A stretch of DNA of 63,867 nt, filler included, from Octopus bimaculoides (Eukaryota), in NCBI RefSeq assembly GCF_001194135.2. It is 9 parts of 8 records of this genome, joined end to end, with 100 filler letters (N's around TTAATTAATTAA, not from the genome) between each part and the next. Parts side by side here need not be neighbours in the genome. Positions count along the whole stretch, not along the records: positions 39,823 to 57,728 come from NC_068987.1; positions 57,829 to 61,663 come from NW_026343967.1; positions 61,764 to 63,867 come from NC_069005.1; 6 more parts are not named here. The stretch is one strand, 5' to 3'. The translations under genes were made by a program, and so were the position numbers. The notes beneath the pieces are model-generated. The model was not told the DNA's origin. It saw nothing but the letters and a program-made list of their open reading frames with translations, and searched no databases. Positions 53,522 through 63,867 of the stretch are shown here, piece after piece (within the stretch, counting starts at the first letter, position 1; each line of letters opens with the position of its first letter).

Positions 53522-53974
53522 CCTACCTATCTACACATATATAAACATCTATATATATTTATAAAACCCACAACATACTAACAACCAGCACTGAACTTCA
53601 TTAATTACTTTTTTCTTCTTTGCGATACCTTTAAACACATAACAGACATATAACTCTTTTTTAAAGTTACCTGCCTCTACTAATTCCATACAACTTAACA
53701 ATTATCGATACTGCTATTAACAATAAATAACAATACAACTGCTACTAATATAATTATTACTATTAACGATAAATTTTTCTAGCTTGTTGCTTAGTTGGGT
53801 CGACATTGTGTGTACGCTGGGCTGGCTCAAGTTCAAAAACCGATTATCAATGGATTATTATGATATCATGTATACTTTTTTGGATTACGCATACCGATAT
53901 ATACACAAACAAGATTGATTGCCTTTCATACGGATACATAAAAATATTCATACACCTCATATATATACATATGC

Positions 53975-54033
<59 letters not shown>

Positions 54034-54849
54034 AAGCAGAGTGCAAATGAAAAAAACGTTCGTTACAAAATGTTGAGGAATTTGAATCAAACACAAACAT
54101 GATTTTAATTAAATTTTAATTAATTGAATATTTACATGCACACAAAAATCAAATATAACCGCTATAAACACGGGAAGTTGAAAATTTTTTTATACATAAA
54201 TATAACATAAATTCATGTATATATGTATGTGTGTATGTATACACTCGGATAACTGTAAAAACTTTCATACGTATAAACATACATTCAAAATATTTATAAA
54301 TTCTCTCATATATATACAAATATACATACAGACACCCACCCACATATACGTACATACATACATACATACATACATACATACGTACATACGTACATACATA
54401 CATACATACATACATACATACATACATACATACGTACATACATACATACATACATACATAGAAACATANNNNNNNNNNNNNNNNNNNNNNNNNNNNNNNN
54501 NNNNNNNNNNNNNNNNNNNNNNNNNNNNNNNNNNNNNGATATACATACATAGAAACATACATACATACATACATACATACATACATACATACATACATAC
54601 ATACATAAATACATACATACATACATACATACATACATACATACATACATACATACGGATATACAATATAAACAAAACTGAACATGTTTATTGAAAGGAA
54701 AAAATCACAGTGACTCCCGACAAGTTCCCAGTCCGTTACAAAACAAGGGTTTTTGGAGAAAAAGGGACAAAGAGAGGGGTGTTTAATGAGTGACTGTGTA
54801 TGTGAGTGTGTGTGCGTATATGTATGTGTGTAACAGGGCTGTGACAGAA

Positions 54850-55513
54850 ATGGAATTCTTTAATTCGCCGTTTCTGGATTGCTCTGATGCTCTGTCGATA
54901 AATGCCATGATTGAAACTTTGGACAAAGACGTACAAGGAGACCTGGAACATTTCCTACAGACTTCGATGCCGGAAAATAATAATAATAATAATAATAAGA
55001 TGGGCTTCGAGATGGATTTACGATCGGACCTTTGCATGTCGGATATGTTAACTGTCAACGGAGTGGAGCCGCCGATGTTTAATAATATGATGACGACGGT
55101 GACCACGATGGCGATGATAGCGACGACTACGGCCGAAGCAACAACAACAACAACATCAATACCAACAACATCGTCAGCAGCAGCAGCAGCATCATTGTCA
55201 TCATCGTTGTTATCGACGATAACAACAGTCGCATCGCTCTCCACGATACCAACAACGACCACCACCACCACCACCGCCACACCGACAATAGCAACGACAT
55301 CAACAGATGCTGTACACGCTACAATAACAACAGCAACAGCGACATCATCACCACCATCATCGTCATCATCATTATCATCATCATCATCATCATCATCGTC
55401 GTCGTCATTGTTATTGTTGTCGTCTGCAACACCGACATTAACAGTCGCGCCGACGGCGGCGGTGGCGGCGGCGGCGGCGGCGGCGAGCCATCAGGCAACC
55501 AGCAATGGACAAG
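54850..55513 (+). CDS. FoxN1/4: FoxN1/4-like forkhead transcription factor, first visible coding exon (T/S/A/N low-complexity N-terminus)
   Basis: ATG at 54850 (MEFFNSPFLDCSDAL...) in an open frame; possible upstream acceptor tgtaacag at 54836; strong donor CAAG|GTGAGT at 55513/55514 (phase 1). Linkage to the next exon across the N gap is inferred from proximity and strand. Confidence 0.7.
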
Positions 55514-55838
55514 GTGAGTCGCTAAGTTCTTTTTCGACTGTCGTTTACCGTGANNNNNNNNNNNNNNNNNNNNNNNNNNNNNNNNNNNNNNNNNNNNNNN
55601 NNNNNNNNNNNNNNNNNNNNNNNNNNNNNNNNNNNNNNNNNNNNNNNNNNNNNNNNNNNNNNNNNNNNNNNNNNNNNNNNNNNNNNNNNNNNNNNNNNNN
55701 NNNNNNNNNNNNNNNNNNNNNNNNNNNNNNNNNNNNNNNNNNNNNNNNNNNNNNNNNNNNNNNNNNNNNNNNNNNNNNNNNNNNNNNNNNNNNNNNNNNN
55801 NNNNNNNNNNNNNNNNNNNNNNNNNNNNNNNNNNNNNN

Positions 55839-57050
55839 ATTGGCTGGGCCAACGGTTTCAGAAGTAGCAGGCTGGGCGAGAACTGCACCAACTTCACGAT
55901 CGTCGGAGGTTCGCAACGGGTGATCAGTGGAGGACGGATGGTGGACAAAAGCCACAGCAACTATAACGATACCAGTAATAAACTTAATACTACTAATACT
56001 ACTAATAATATTTTAATTAGCAATAACAACAATTATAATAATAATAATAATAATAGAAATATTAACAACAGTCCGTCTATCAACGACAACAATAATAATA
56101 ATAATGCTAATAATAATATTAATAGTAACAGAGATAATGTTGGTTGCTTCGGCAGGAGTATTATCAAAGCTGGGTCGAGAATTGTCCGTGCCGATCGGAC
56201 ATTAGGACAGCAAAATTCCGATGTCCTTTGGTCACCTGGCTTGTCGCGATTGTCTGAAGTAACGGAATCGAGAGATTCTTCTGTCAATGTTCAGGGAGTT
56301 TCCGGATCGAATTTGAATGGCAACAGTTTGAGTAGTCTGGCAGGACACAATCTCGGTAACTGTCGTGTGTTTATAGACCATCACCAGCCGAATACGCTGA
56401 ATGTGGGTTCGAATCTAGTTATCAACTCGAAAACGCGAAATTTGCCCTCGCAGGTCGGCCAGCCGAAGCAATGCACTGCTGTTCTTCTTGGGACAGTAGG
56501 ACAGCTCTCCAAATCGGCGGTGACAGCTGCTGCTCTGCAGCAGTCCCTGCTTTCGGGTGCAAGTGGCAATAATTGCAGTAACACCTTGAGTGCACTCAAT
56601 TCGGTGACGGCGACGCCGCTGTCGCAGGTTTTTGTGTTGCAAACTTTGGGACAGGAACAACAACAAAAACAACAACAGAAAGAACAACAACGACAGCAGC
56701 AGCAGCAGCAGCAACAACAACAACAACAACAACAAACACTGCAGTTGCATAACAGTTTAAATCTAAGGGACAATGTGCCGTTGCAGTTTTATCAAGGTTC
56801 TGTCGAGTCAGCAAACTACGTCCAAACCCAGCTGCAGCAGCAACAACAACAACAACAACAACAACAGCATATTCAAGCGCAATTGCTTCTACAACAACAA
56901 CAACAACAACAACAACGGCAGCAGCAGCAGCAACAAGAAAGACTGCAACAACAAAACCAACAACATCTGCAATTATTACAACACCACCACCACCAACAAC
57001 AACAACAACAACAACAGTTATTACATCAACAACTTCTGCAACAACAACAA

Positions 57051-57106
<56 letters not shown>

Positions 57107-57421
57107 CCAGCAGCAGCAGCAGCAGCAACAGCAGCAACAGCAGCATGTGTACGCTGAGAACAGAGAAAATTGTCCAACGATGTTTGGAATAAATGGTAAA
57201 CCACGTCTCGTGGTGAAACCGTTAGAGACCCGAGTCCAACACCAAACTGTTGATACATCGGTGCTGGATCTATGCGATGCCATGGCACTGTCGCCAGACA
57301 TGCCAGTCACCGCCAAATGCTACCCTAAACCTGTATATTCCTATAGCTGTCTCATAGCGATGGCTTTGAAAAATAGCAAAACTGGGAGTTTACCGGTCAG
57401 TGAGATTTACAACTTCATGAC
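55839..57421 (+). CDS. FoxN1/4: FoxN1/4-like forkhead transcription factor, large exon with poly-N, about 100 Gln and the N-terminal half of the forkhead domain; true 5' end lies in the gap
   Basis: Frame open from the gap edge ([10 protein letters not shown]...) into ORF 55920-57425, ending [34 protein letters not shown], nearly identical to the helix 1-2 region of vertebrate FOXN1/FOXN4; donor ATGAC|GTAAGT at 57421/57422 (phase 2). The remaining forkhead exon (expected EHFPYF...WKNSVRHNLS) is not visible in the window. Confidence 0.95.
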
Positions 57422-57430
57422 GTAAGTAAA

Positions 57431-57461
<31 letters not shown>

Positions 57462-57663
57462 TTATGTTTGACTTTTGTTTTGCATTTGTACAAGTTGGAT
57501 CCAAGTCTCACCCAGAGACCTCAAGAGACAACAAGTTAGAAGTTCATGTAGGTGTTATGCCTAGGGTACCATATATTTGGATTTGTACAGTTTTGTTCAA
57601 GTGAATGTTTAAGAAACCATAAGAAAATTATGTTTGCTTTAAAATTTGAGATCACATAGACAG

Positions 57664-57700
<37 letters not shown>

Positions 57701-57828
57701 CATTATTATTATTATTATTCAGTAGTTTNNNNNNNNNNNNNNNNNNNNNNNNNNNNNNNNNNNNNNNNNNNNTTAATTAATTAANNNNNNNNNNNNNNNN
57801 NNNNNNNNNNNNNNNNNNNNNNNNNNNN

Positions 57829-59643
57829 TCAAGCACTGGTCTGACCTTATGCTTCGTAGGCTGTACCACCGCCATCAGTGGCAGGACTTCGCTCTCTCCT
57901 TCTTCTTCCCAAGAGATCAATATGCCCTCCTTAATCCACCGCTCCCCCTCCCCCTCGAACTTGCTTCTGGCATCTCCTTTCAAAGTATGCTGGTAGCATC
58001 CCACTTTATTTATTAACGTCAGGGGCTCTCCCCTCCAGTGCCACTCTACTGTCCACCTCTGGCCATCAAAGGCGGCACGAAAATCCTGGTCTTCAATGGT
58101 GTGCGCGGCATAGTTTTCTTCGCGGTTCTCACCAATGCACGGTGTCGCCATACACGGTTTCCCCGCAACCCCGAAAGTCACACCGGCCTCGATGGCAGTG
58201 ACACCTCCTAAACGAGTGATTGCATCCATCCCCATCACCACGTCAATCTCATCCACCAAGTGGCCAACTACAATTGCTTGCAGCGTCAACTTTGTTCCCT
58301 GCACCTCAATCTGCACATCAGTAATGCCTTCACAGCATACCTCTCTTCCGTCGACTGCTCTCACACTGCTTTCTCCACTCCACGTCTCTACCACTCCCGG
58401 AGTCNNNNNNNNNNNNNNNNNNNNNNNNNNNNNNNNNNNNNNNNNNNNNNNNNNNNNNNNNNNNNNNNNNNNNNNNNNNNNNNNNNNNNNNNNNNNNNNN
58501 NNNNNNNNNNNNNNNNNNNNNNNNNNNNNNNNNNNNNNNNNNNNNNNNNNNNNNNNNNNNNNNNNNNNNNNNNNNNNNNNNNNNNNNNNNNNNNNNNNNN
58601 NNNNNNNNNNNNNNNNNNNNNNNNNNNNNNNNNNNNNNNNNNNNNNNNNNNNNNNNNNNNNNNNNNNNNNNNNNNNNNNNNNNNNNNNNNNNNNNNNNNN
58701 NNNNNNNNNNNNNNNNNNNNNNNNNNNNNNNNNNNNNNNNNNNNNNNNNNNNNNNNNNNNNNNNNNNNNNNNNNNNNNNNNNNNNNNNNNNNNNNNNNNN
58801 NNNNNNNNNNNNNNNNNNNNNNNNNNNNNNNNNNNNNNNNNNNNNNNNNNNNNNNNNNNNNNNNNNNNNNNNNNNNNNNNNNNNNNNNNNNNNNNNNNNN
58901 NNNNNNNNNNNNNNNNNNNNNNNNNNNNNNNNNNNNNNNNNNNNNNNNNNNNNNNNNNNNNNNNNNNNNNNNNNNNNNNNNNNNNNNNNNNNNNNNNNNN
59001 NNNNNNNNNNNNNNNNNNNNNNNNNNNNNNNNNNNNNNNNNNNNNNNNNNNNNNNNNNNNNNNNNNNNNNNNNNNNNNNNNNNNNNNNNNNNNNNNNNNN
59101 NNNNNNNNNNNNNNNNNNNNNNNNNNNNNNNNNNNNNNNNNNNNNNNNNNNNNNNNNNNNNNNNNNNNNNNNNNNNNNNNNNNNNNNNNNNNNNNNNNNN
59201 NNNNNNNNNNNNNNNNNNNNNNNNNNNNNNNNNNNNNNCATGGAACTTTGCAACCATCTTCATCCTTTTTAGCCACGCGACCACGTCCGTGTCACCGCAA
59301 AACGGTTTAATTACATCGTTAGAAATCTGGACTACACTCATAATTTTTTTTTTTTTGTTATGGGCCAAAATAGCTTGTGGTGTGATGGAGGAAAAAGACA
59401 ACAAGAAGCAAAAGGCAGAATGAAACACTCGGACCTTACCTTGTCGACCGTGGCGGAGTAAACGGTCACTCCAGATCAAAACACATCTTCTCCGTAAGCC
59501 GTCTGTCTTCGAACTGATCCCACGTGCTTGCTGTCCACCGCATGTGGCTGACTTCCAGTCTGTCTTCACTTCTGTCTGCTTCATCTCTCTCCACCAACAA
59601 CACATAGCTCATCACAGACCATAACACCAGATGTAACACCACA
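57829..59643 (-). mobile_element. Gypsy-type LTR retrotransposon (5' LTR, gag start, protease C-terminus, RT start), antisense in the FoxN intron, broken by gaps
   Basis: Gag start at 59341 (MSVVQISNDVIKPFCGDTDVVAWLKRMKMVAK); retropepsin-like DVVMGMDAI followed by RT-start PLMAVVQPTKHKVRPVL (57829-58404), i.e. PR-RT order; LTR-like 59376-59643 with 8-bp inverted termini TGTGGTGT/ACACCACA. Confidence 0.85.
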
Positions 59644-60245
59644 CAACTCAAAGTGGACTCCCTTGCAATCCCACCAAACAGAGAGAAGAACCTTCTTTGC
59701 ATGGAGTCCCATTTCCGGTTGTGGTTAGGCCTTTTCCCCTTCACCAAGCCAATGTCTATGACATTTAACAAAGACCCATTTTCATGAAAGACCCATTTTC
59801 ATTACCAGTCACCAGTCTGTTCAAAAAGGGCGAGGTAAGTTCATGAGAATGAAGAGAAGAGCAGATGTCCACTTTGCATTTGTAGTTGGCATCAGACAAA
59901 TCATGAGGCACTCATTTTCCAAGTTTTGGGACCTTTCCAAGCTGTTGAAGATGGCTTGAACGAAGCTTGCTTACCAATTCTTCAAATGAAACTGCATGAT
60001 CTTTTCCAAGTTCTGCCAAAAGGAGCTTCTCATGAAACTCAATTGGACGTTCTGTTCAGGCCTCATCTTCAAGGCTGAAATCTCCACTTCTGAATTTTAC
60101 AAACCATCTTCTGCAAGTTCTTTCATTCAAGCATTCTTTCCTCATAAGCTGAATGAATATTTTAAGTCACTTCAGTTGCAGAGTACCCTTTTTTAAACTC
60201 ATAAAGCATTATGTACCTCAAATGCTCCATAGACACATCCATGTT
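59644..60245 (-). mobile_element. Degenerate mariner transposase fragment interrupted by the Gypsy LTR
   Basis: Minus-strand translation gives ERTCRRWFVKFRSGDFSLEDE, GK*VPHDLS (WVPHEL motif), FLNRLVTGNE and KKVLLSVWWDCKGVHFEL, which stops at the LTR edge. Confidence 0.85.
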
Positions 60246-61241
60246 TGAAGAGCTATAATTACTCTTTTACTCTTTTATTTGTTTCAGTCATTTGACTGCG
60301 GCCATGCTGGAGCACCGCCTTTAGTCGAGCAAATCGACCCCGGGACTTATTCTTTGTAAGCCTAGTACTTATTCTATCAGTCTCTTTTGCTGAACCGCTA
60401 AGTTACGTAACACACCAGCATCGGTTGTCAAGCAATACTAGGGGGACAAACNNNNNNNNNNNNNNNNNNNNNNNNNNNNNNNNNNNNNNNNNNNNNNNNN
60501 NNNNNNNNNNNNNNNNNNNNNNNNNNNNNNNNNNNNNNNNNNNNNNNNNNNNNNNNNNNNNNNNNNNNNNNNNNNNNNNNNNNNNNNNNNNNNNNNNNNN
60601 NNNNNNNNNNNNNNNNNNNNNNNNNNNNNNNNNNNNNNNNNNNNNNNNNNNNNNNNNNNNNNNNNNNNNNNNNNNNNNNNNNNNNNNNNNNNNNNNNNNN
60701 NNNNNNNNNNNNNNNNNNNNNNNNNNNNNNNNNNNNNNNNNNNNNNNNNNNNNNNNNNNNNNNNNNNNNNNNNNNNNNNNNNNNNNNNNNNNNNNNNNNN
60801 NNNNNNNNNNNNNNNNNNNNNNNNNNNNNNNNNNNNNNNNNNNNNNNNNNNNNNNNNNNNNNNNNNNNNNNNNNNNNNNNNNNNNNNNNNNNNNNNNNNN
60901 NNNNNNNNNNNNNNNNNNNNNNNNNNNNNNNNNNNNNNNNNNNNNNNNNNNNNNNNNNNNNNNNNNNNNNNNNNNNNNNNNNNNNNNNNNNNNNNNNNNN
61001 NNNNNNNNNNNNNNNNNNNNNNNNNNNNNNNNNNNNNNNNNNNNNNNNNNNNNNNNNNNNNNNNNNNNNNNNNNNNNNNNNNNNNNNNNNNNNNNNNNNN
61101 NNNNNNNNNNNNNNNNNNNNNNNNNNNNNNNNNNNNNNNNNNNNNNNNNNNNNNNNNNNNNNNNNNNNNNNNNNNNNATATATATATATATATCAATATC
61201 AACTTTAAATAGAGCTCAAAACTGATCCATTGAAAATACTT

Positions 61242-61306
<65 letters not shown>

Positions 61307-61768
61307 AAATGACCTACGAACATTTCAATGGAATATCCAGAATGATTAATACATATTATAAAATATTATAAAATATAGGATACTCCATTTCCTCGGGGTC
61401 CCATTATTATTGTAATTATTATTATTATTATTATTATTAGTAATATACAGACAATAAAAACAGAAAACAGGTGCAAGACTGGCTGTGAGGTAAGAAGTTT
61501 GTGCTTCTCAACCACATGGTTCTCAGTTCAGTGCCACTGAGTGGCACCTTCGGAAAGTGTCTTCTACTGTAACCTACTATAAGCCTTGTGAGTTGATCTG
61601 TAGAGGGAAACTGAAAGAAGCCCATTGTATATATATGTAAATATATATATTGGTGTGTTGGTTNNNNNNNNNNNNNNNNNNNNNNNNNNNNNNNNNNNNN
61701 NNNNNNNTTAATTAATTAANNNNNNNNNNNNNNNNNNNNNNNNNNNNNNNNNNNNNNNNNNNNGTTAT

Positions 61769-62163
61769 AGGCGCAGGAGTGGCTGTGTGGTAAGTAGCTT
61801 GCTTACCAACCACATAGTTCTGGGTTCAGTCCCACTGTGTAACACCTTGGGCAAGTGTCTTCTACTATAGCCTTGGGCCGACCAAAGCCTTGTGAGTGGA
61901 TTTGGTAGACAGAAACTGAAAGAAGCCCGTCGTATATATGTGTGTATGTTTGTTTGTGTGTCTGTGTTTGTCCCCCCAACATCGCTTGACAACCGATGCT
62001 GGTGTGTTTAGGTCCCCGTAACTTAGCGGTTCAGCAAAAAGTGACCGATAGAATAGGTACTAGGCTTACAAAAAATAAGTCCTGGGGTCGATTTGCTCGA
62101 CTAAAAGGCGGTGCTCCAGTATGGTCGCAGTCAAATGACTGAAACAAGTAAAAGAGTAAAAGA
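61769..62163 (+). mobile_element. tRNA-derived SINE, family B (near full length, in the FoxN intron)
   Basis: ggcgcaggagtggctgtgtggtaag A box, gggttcagtccc B box, ccttgggcaagtg CORE-like motif, (gtaaaaga)n tail. Other copies: 1257-1412(-), 28320-28400(-), 40345-40590(+), 40590-40850(-), 42190-42310(-), 50905-51113(+), 60258-60451(-), 61470-61630(+). Confidence 0.85.
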
Positions 62164-63284
62164 GAGTATGCACGCATACATTACTGAAACACACCGCTTA
62201 TGTATCTAAAAAATGATTCTTGAAATTTTGAAACAATTATGTGTATCCGTATGTGTTTATGTGCAACCATAAAAAAAATGCACATGAAAGGTGTATATAG
62301 GCATTTTCATAAAGAAGATATTATTTTTATGTAAATTATGAGAAACAAAATCAGTGGTGGCCGGGGGTGCGCTTGTGTAGGTATGCTGTGTATTTTTAAT
62401 AGTTGGGTTGGGAAGGGTCTGTGTCTTTGCACTTTGCAGAATCTTTGTGACCTGATGGAGGGGAAAACAATCGCGTCCATGACCCTTACAGGTCATCCCT
62501 GACCTAATCTAGAGGAACTGTTGTTGGCACTCCGTCGCTTACGACGTCGAGGGTTCCAGTTGATCTGATCAACGGAACAGCCTGCTCGTGAAATTAACGT
62601 GCAAGTGGCTGAGCATTCCACAGACACGTGTACCCTTAACGTAGTTCTCGGGGATATTCAGCGTGACGCAGAGTGTGACAAGGCTGGCCCTTTGAATTAC
62701 AGGCACAACAGAAACAGGAAGTAAGAGTGAGAGAAAGTTGTGGTGAAAGAGTACAGCAGGGTTCGCCACCATCCCCTNNNNNNNNNNNNNNNNNNNNNNN
62801 NNNNNNNNNNNNNNNNNNNNNNNNNNNNNNNNNNNNNNNNNNNNNNNNNNNNNNNNNNNNNNNNNNNNNNNNNNNNNNNNNNNNNNNNNNNNNNNNNNNN
62901 NNNNNNNNNNNNNNNNNNNNNNNNNNNNNNNNNNNNNNNNNNNNNNNNNNNNNNNNNNNNNNNNNNNNNNNNNNNNNNNNNNNNNNNNNNNNNNNNNNNN
63001 NNNNNNNNNNNNNNNNNNNNNNNNNNNNNNNNNNNNNNNNNNNNNNNNNNNNNNNNNNNNNNNNNNNNNNNNNNNNNNNNNNNNNNNNNNNNNNNNNNNN
63101 NNNNNNNNNNNNNNNNNNNNNNNNNNNNNNNNNNNNNNNNNNNNNNNNNNNNNNNNNNNNNNNNNNNNNNNNNNNNNNNNNNNNNTATTTCTCTTTTGTT
63201 TTTTAAAATGCATATTTTTAGAATAGTATTTTGCAGAAACACGTTTTCGAGAGTGTAGATTACAATTATTGATTTAAAAAATTT

Positions 63285-63441
63285 GGTAAATTTTCAGATT
63301 AACACCCGCACGATTTTTCACTACGGTGTTAGGGTTGGAATTCCGTCCCTAACCCTAAAACCCTAACCTTAACCCTAAAACACTAACCCTAACCCTAAAA
63401 CCCTAGTGAAAATCGTGCCCGTGTTAATCTGAAAATTTACC
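63285..63441. mobile_element. Merlin-like MITE containing telomere-type repeats
   Basis: 38-39 bp TIRs starting GGTAAATTTTCAGATTAACAC (63285-63323 / 63404-63441); 8-bp flanking duplication AAAAATTT (63277-63284, 63442-63449); internal degenerate (CCCTAA)n. Confidence 0.75.
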
Positions 63442-63867
63442 AAAAATTTTGGGGAAAAATCGAAGATTTACCGATCATTCTCATGCTTTCTCGTCCCGTC
63501 TTTGTTACTACCCATTACTTTGGCATCCTCGCCTCTATTTTGTTTTTTTTAAAAATAATTTATACGTTTGAAACAAACATTACGTAATCTACACTGCAAA
63601 ATGTGATTTAAAAACATGCGGGGTTAATGATAAACCCTTTCAAAAGAAAAAAACTAAAATTAAGATTATCAACATGATAACGTATCTCTGCAATATCTCC
63701 ATTTTGTCAGAAATATGTACAGAAAAAATGTGGTTAGGACTCCAACCTGTAGTGATGCAAAAATGTATTGAAATAATAAGATGCATATGTTCTCCGGGTC
63801 TAATGCAGTTCGCACCTGTCCTTGAAAAATGAATTTTTTGGAAAACATTTATTCTGATTCCTACGTT

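Noticed and set aside
54790-54849. Upstream extension of the exon 1 ORF (MTVYVSVCAYMYVC)
   Set aside because: GTG start within TG-repeat sequence upstream of a plausible acceptor; ATG 54850 is the better start.
56033-57316. Antisense and alternate-frame ORFs over the FoxN exon (poly-V, C, L, N)
   Set aside because: Shadow frames of CAA/CAG repeats.

Overview
Gappy, AT-rich, microsatellite-dense eukaryotic DNA. The repeat families and a forkhead gene with long Q/N tracts point to a cephalopod (Octopus-like) scaffold; this is an inference. The only supportable host gene is the 5' part of a FoxN1/4 (jumeau-like) forkhead transcription factor on the + strand. It has a coding exon at 54850-55513 and a second from at most 55839 to 57421, ending inside the forkhead domain. 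The rest is simple repeats and transposon debris: four tRNA-derived SINE families, RTE, CR1, Tx1/L1 and R4/Dong-like LINE fragments, four Tc1/mariner relics, pogo-like and Merlin-like MITEs, Helentron-like elements and a Gypsy element in the FoxN intron. The most interesting signal is RNA-structural. There are two conventional hammerhead ribozyme motifs (2808-2869, 18930-18974). Two further, sequence-unrelated loci (18771-18833, 30809-30870) carry the full hammerhead core with stems I and III formable, but with the three strands in an order that is none of the three standard circular permutations. This is a candidate pseudoknotted hammerhead topology and is untested. Repeat boundaries were read by eye and are approximate unless termini are quoted.
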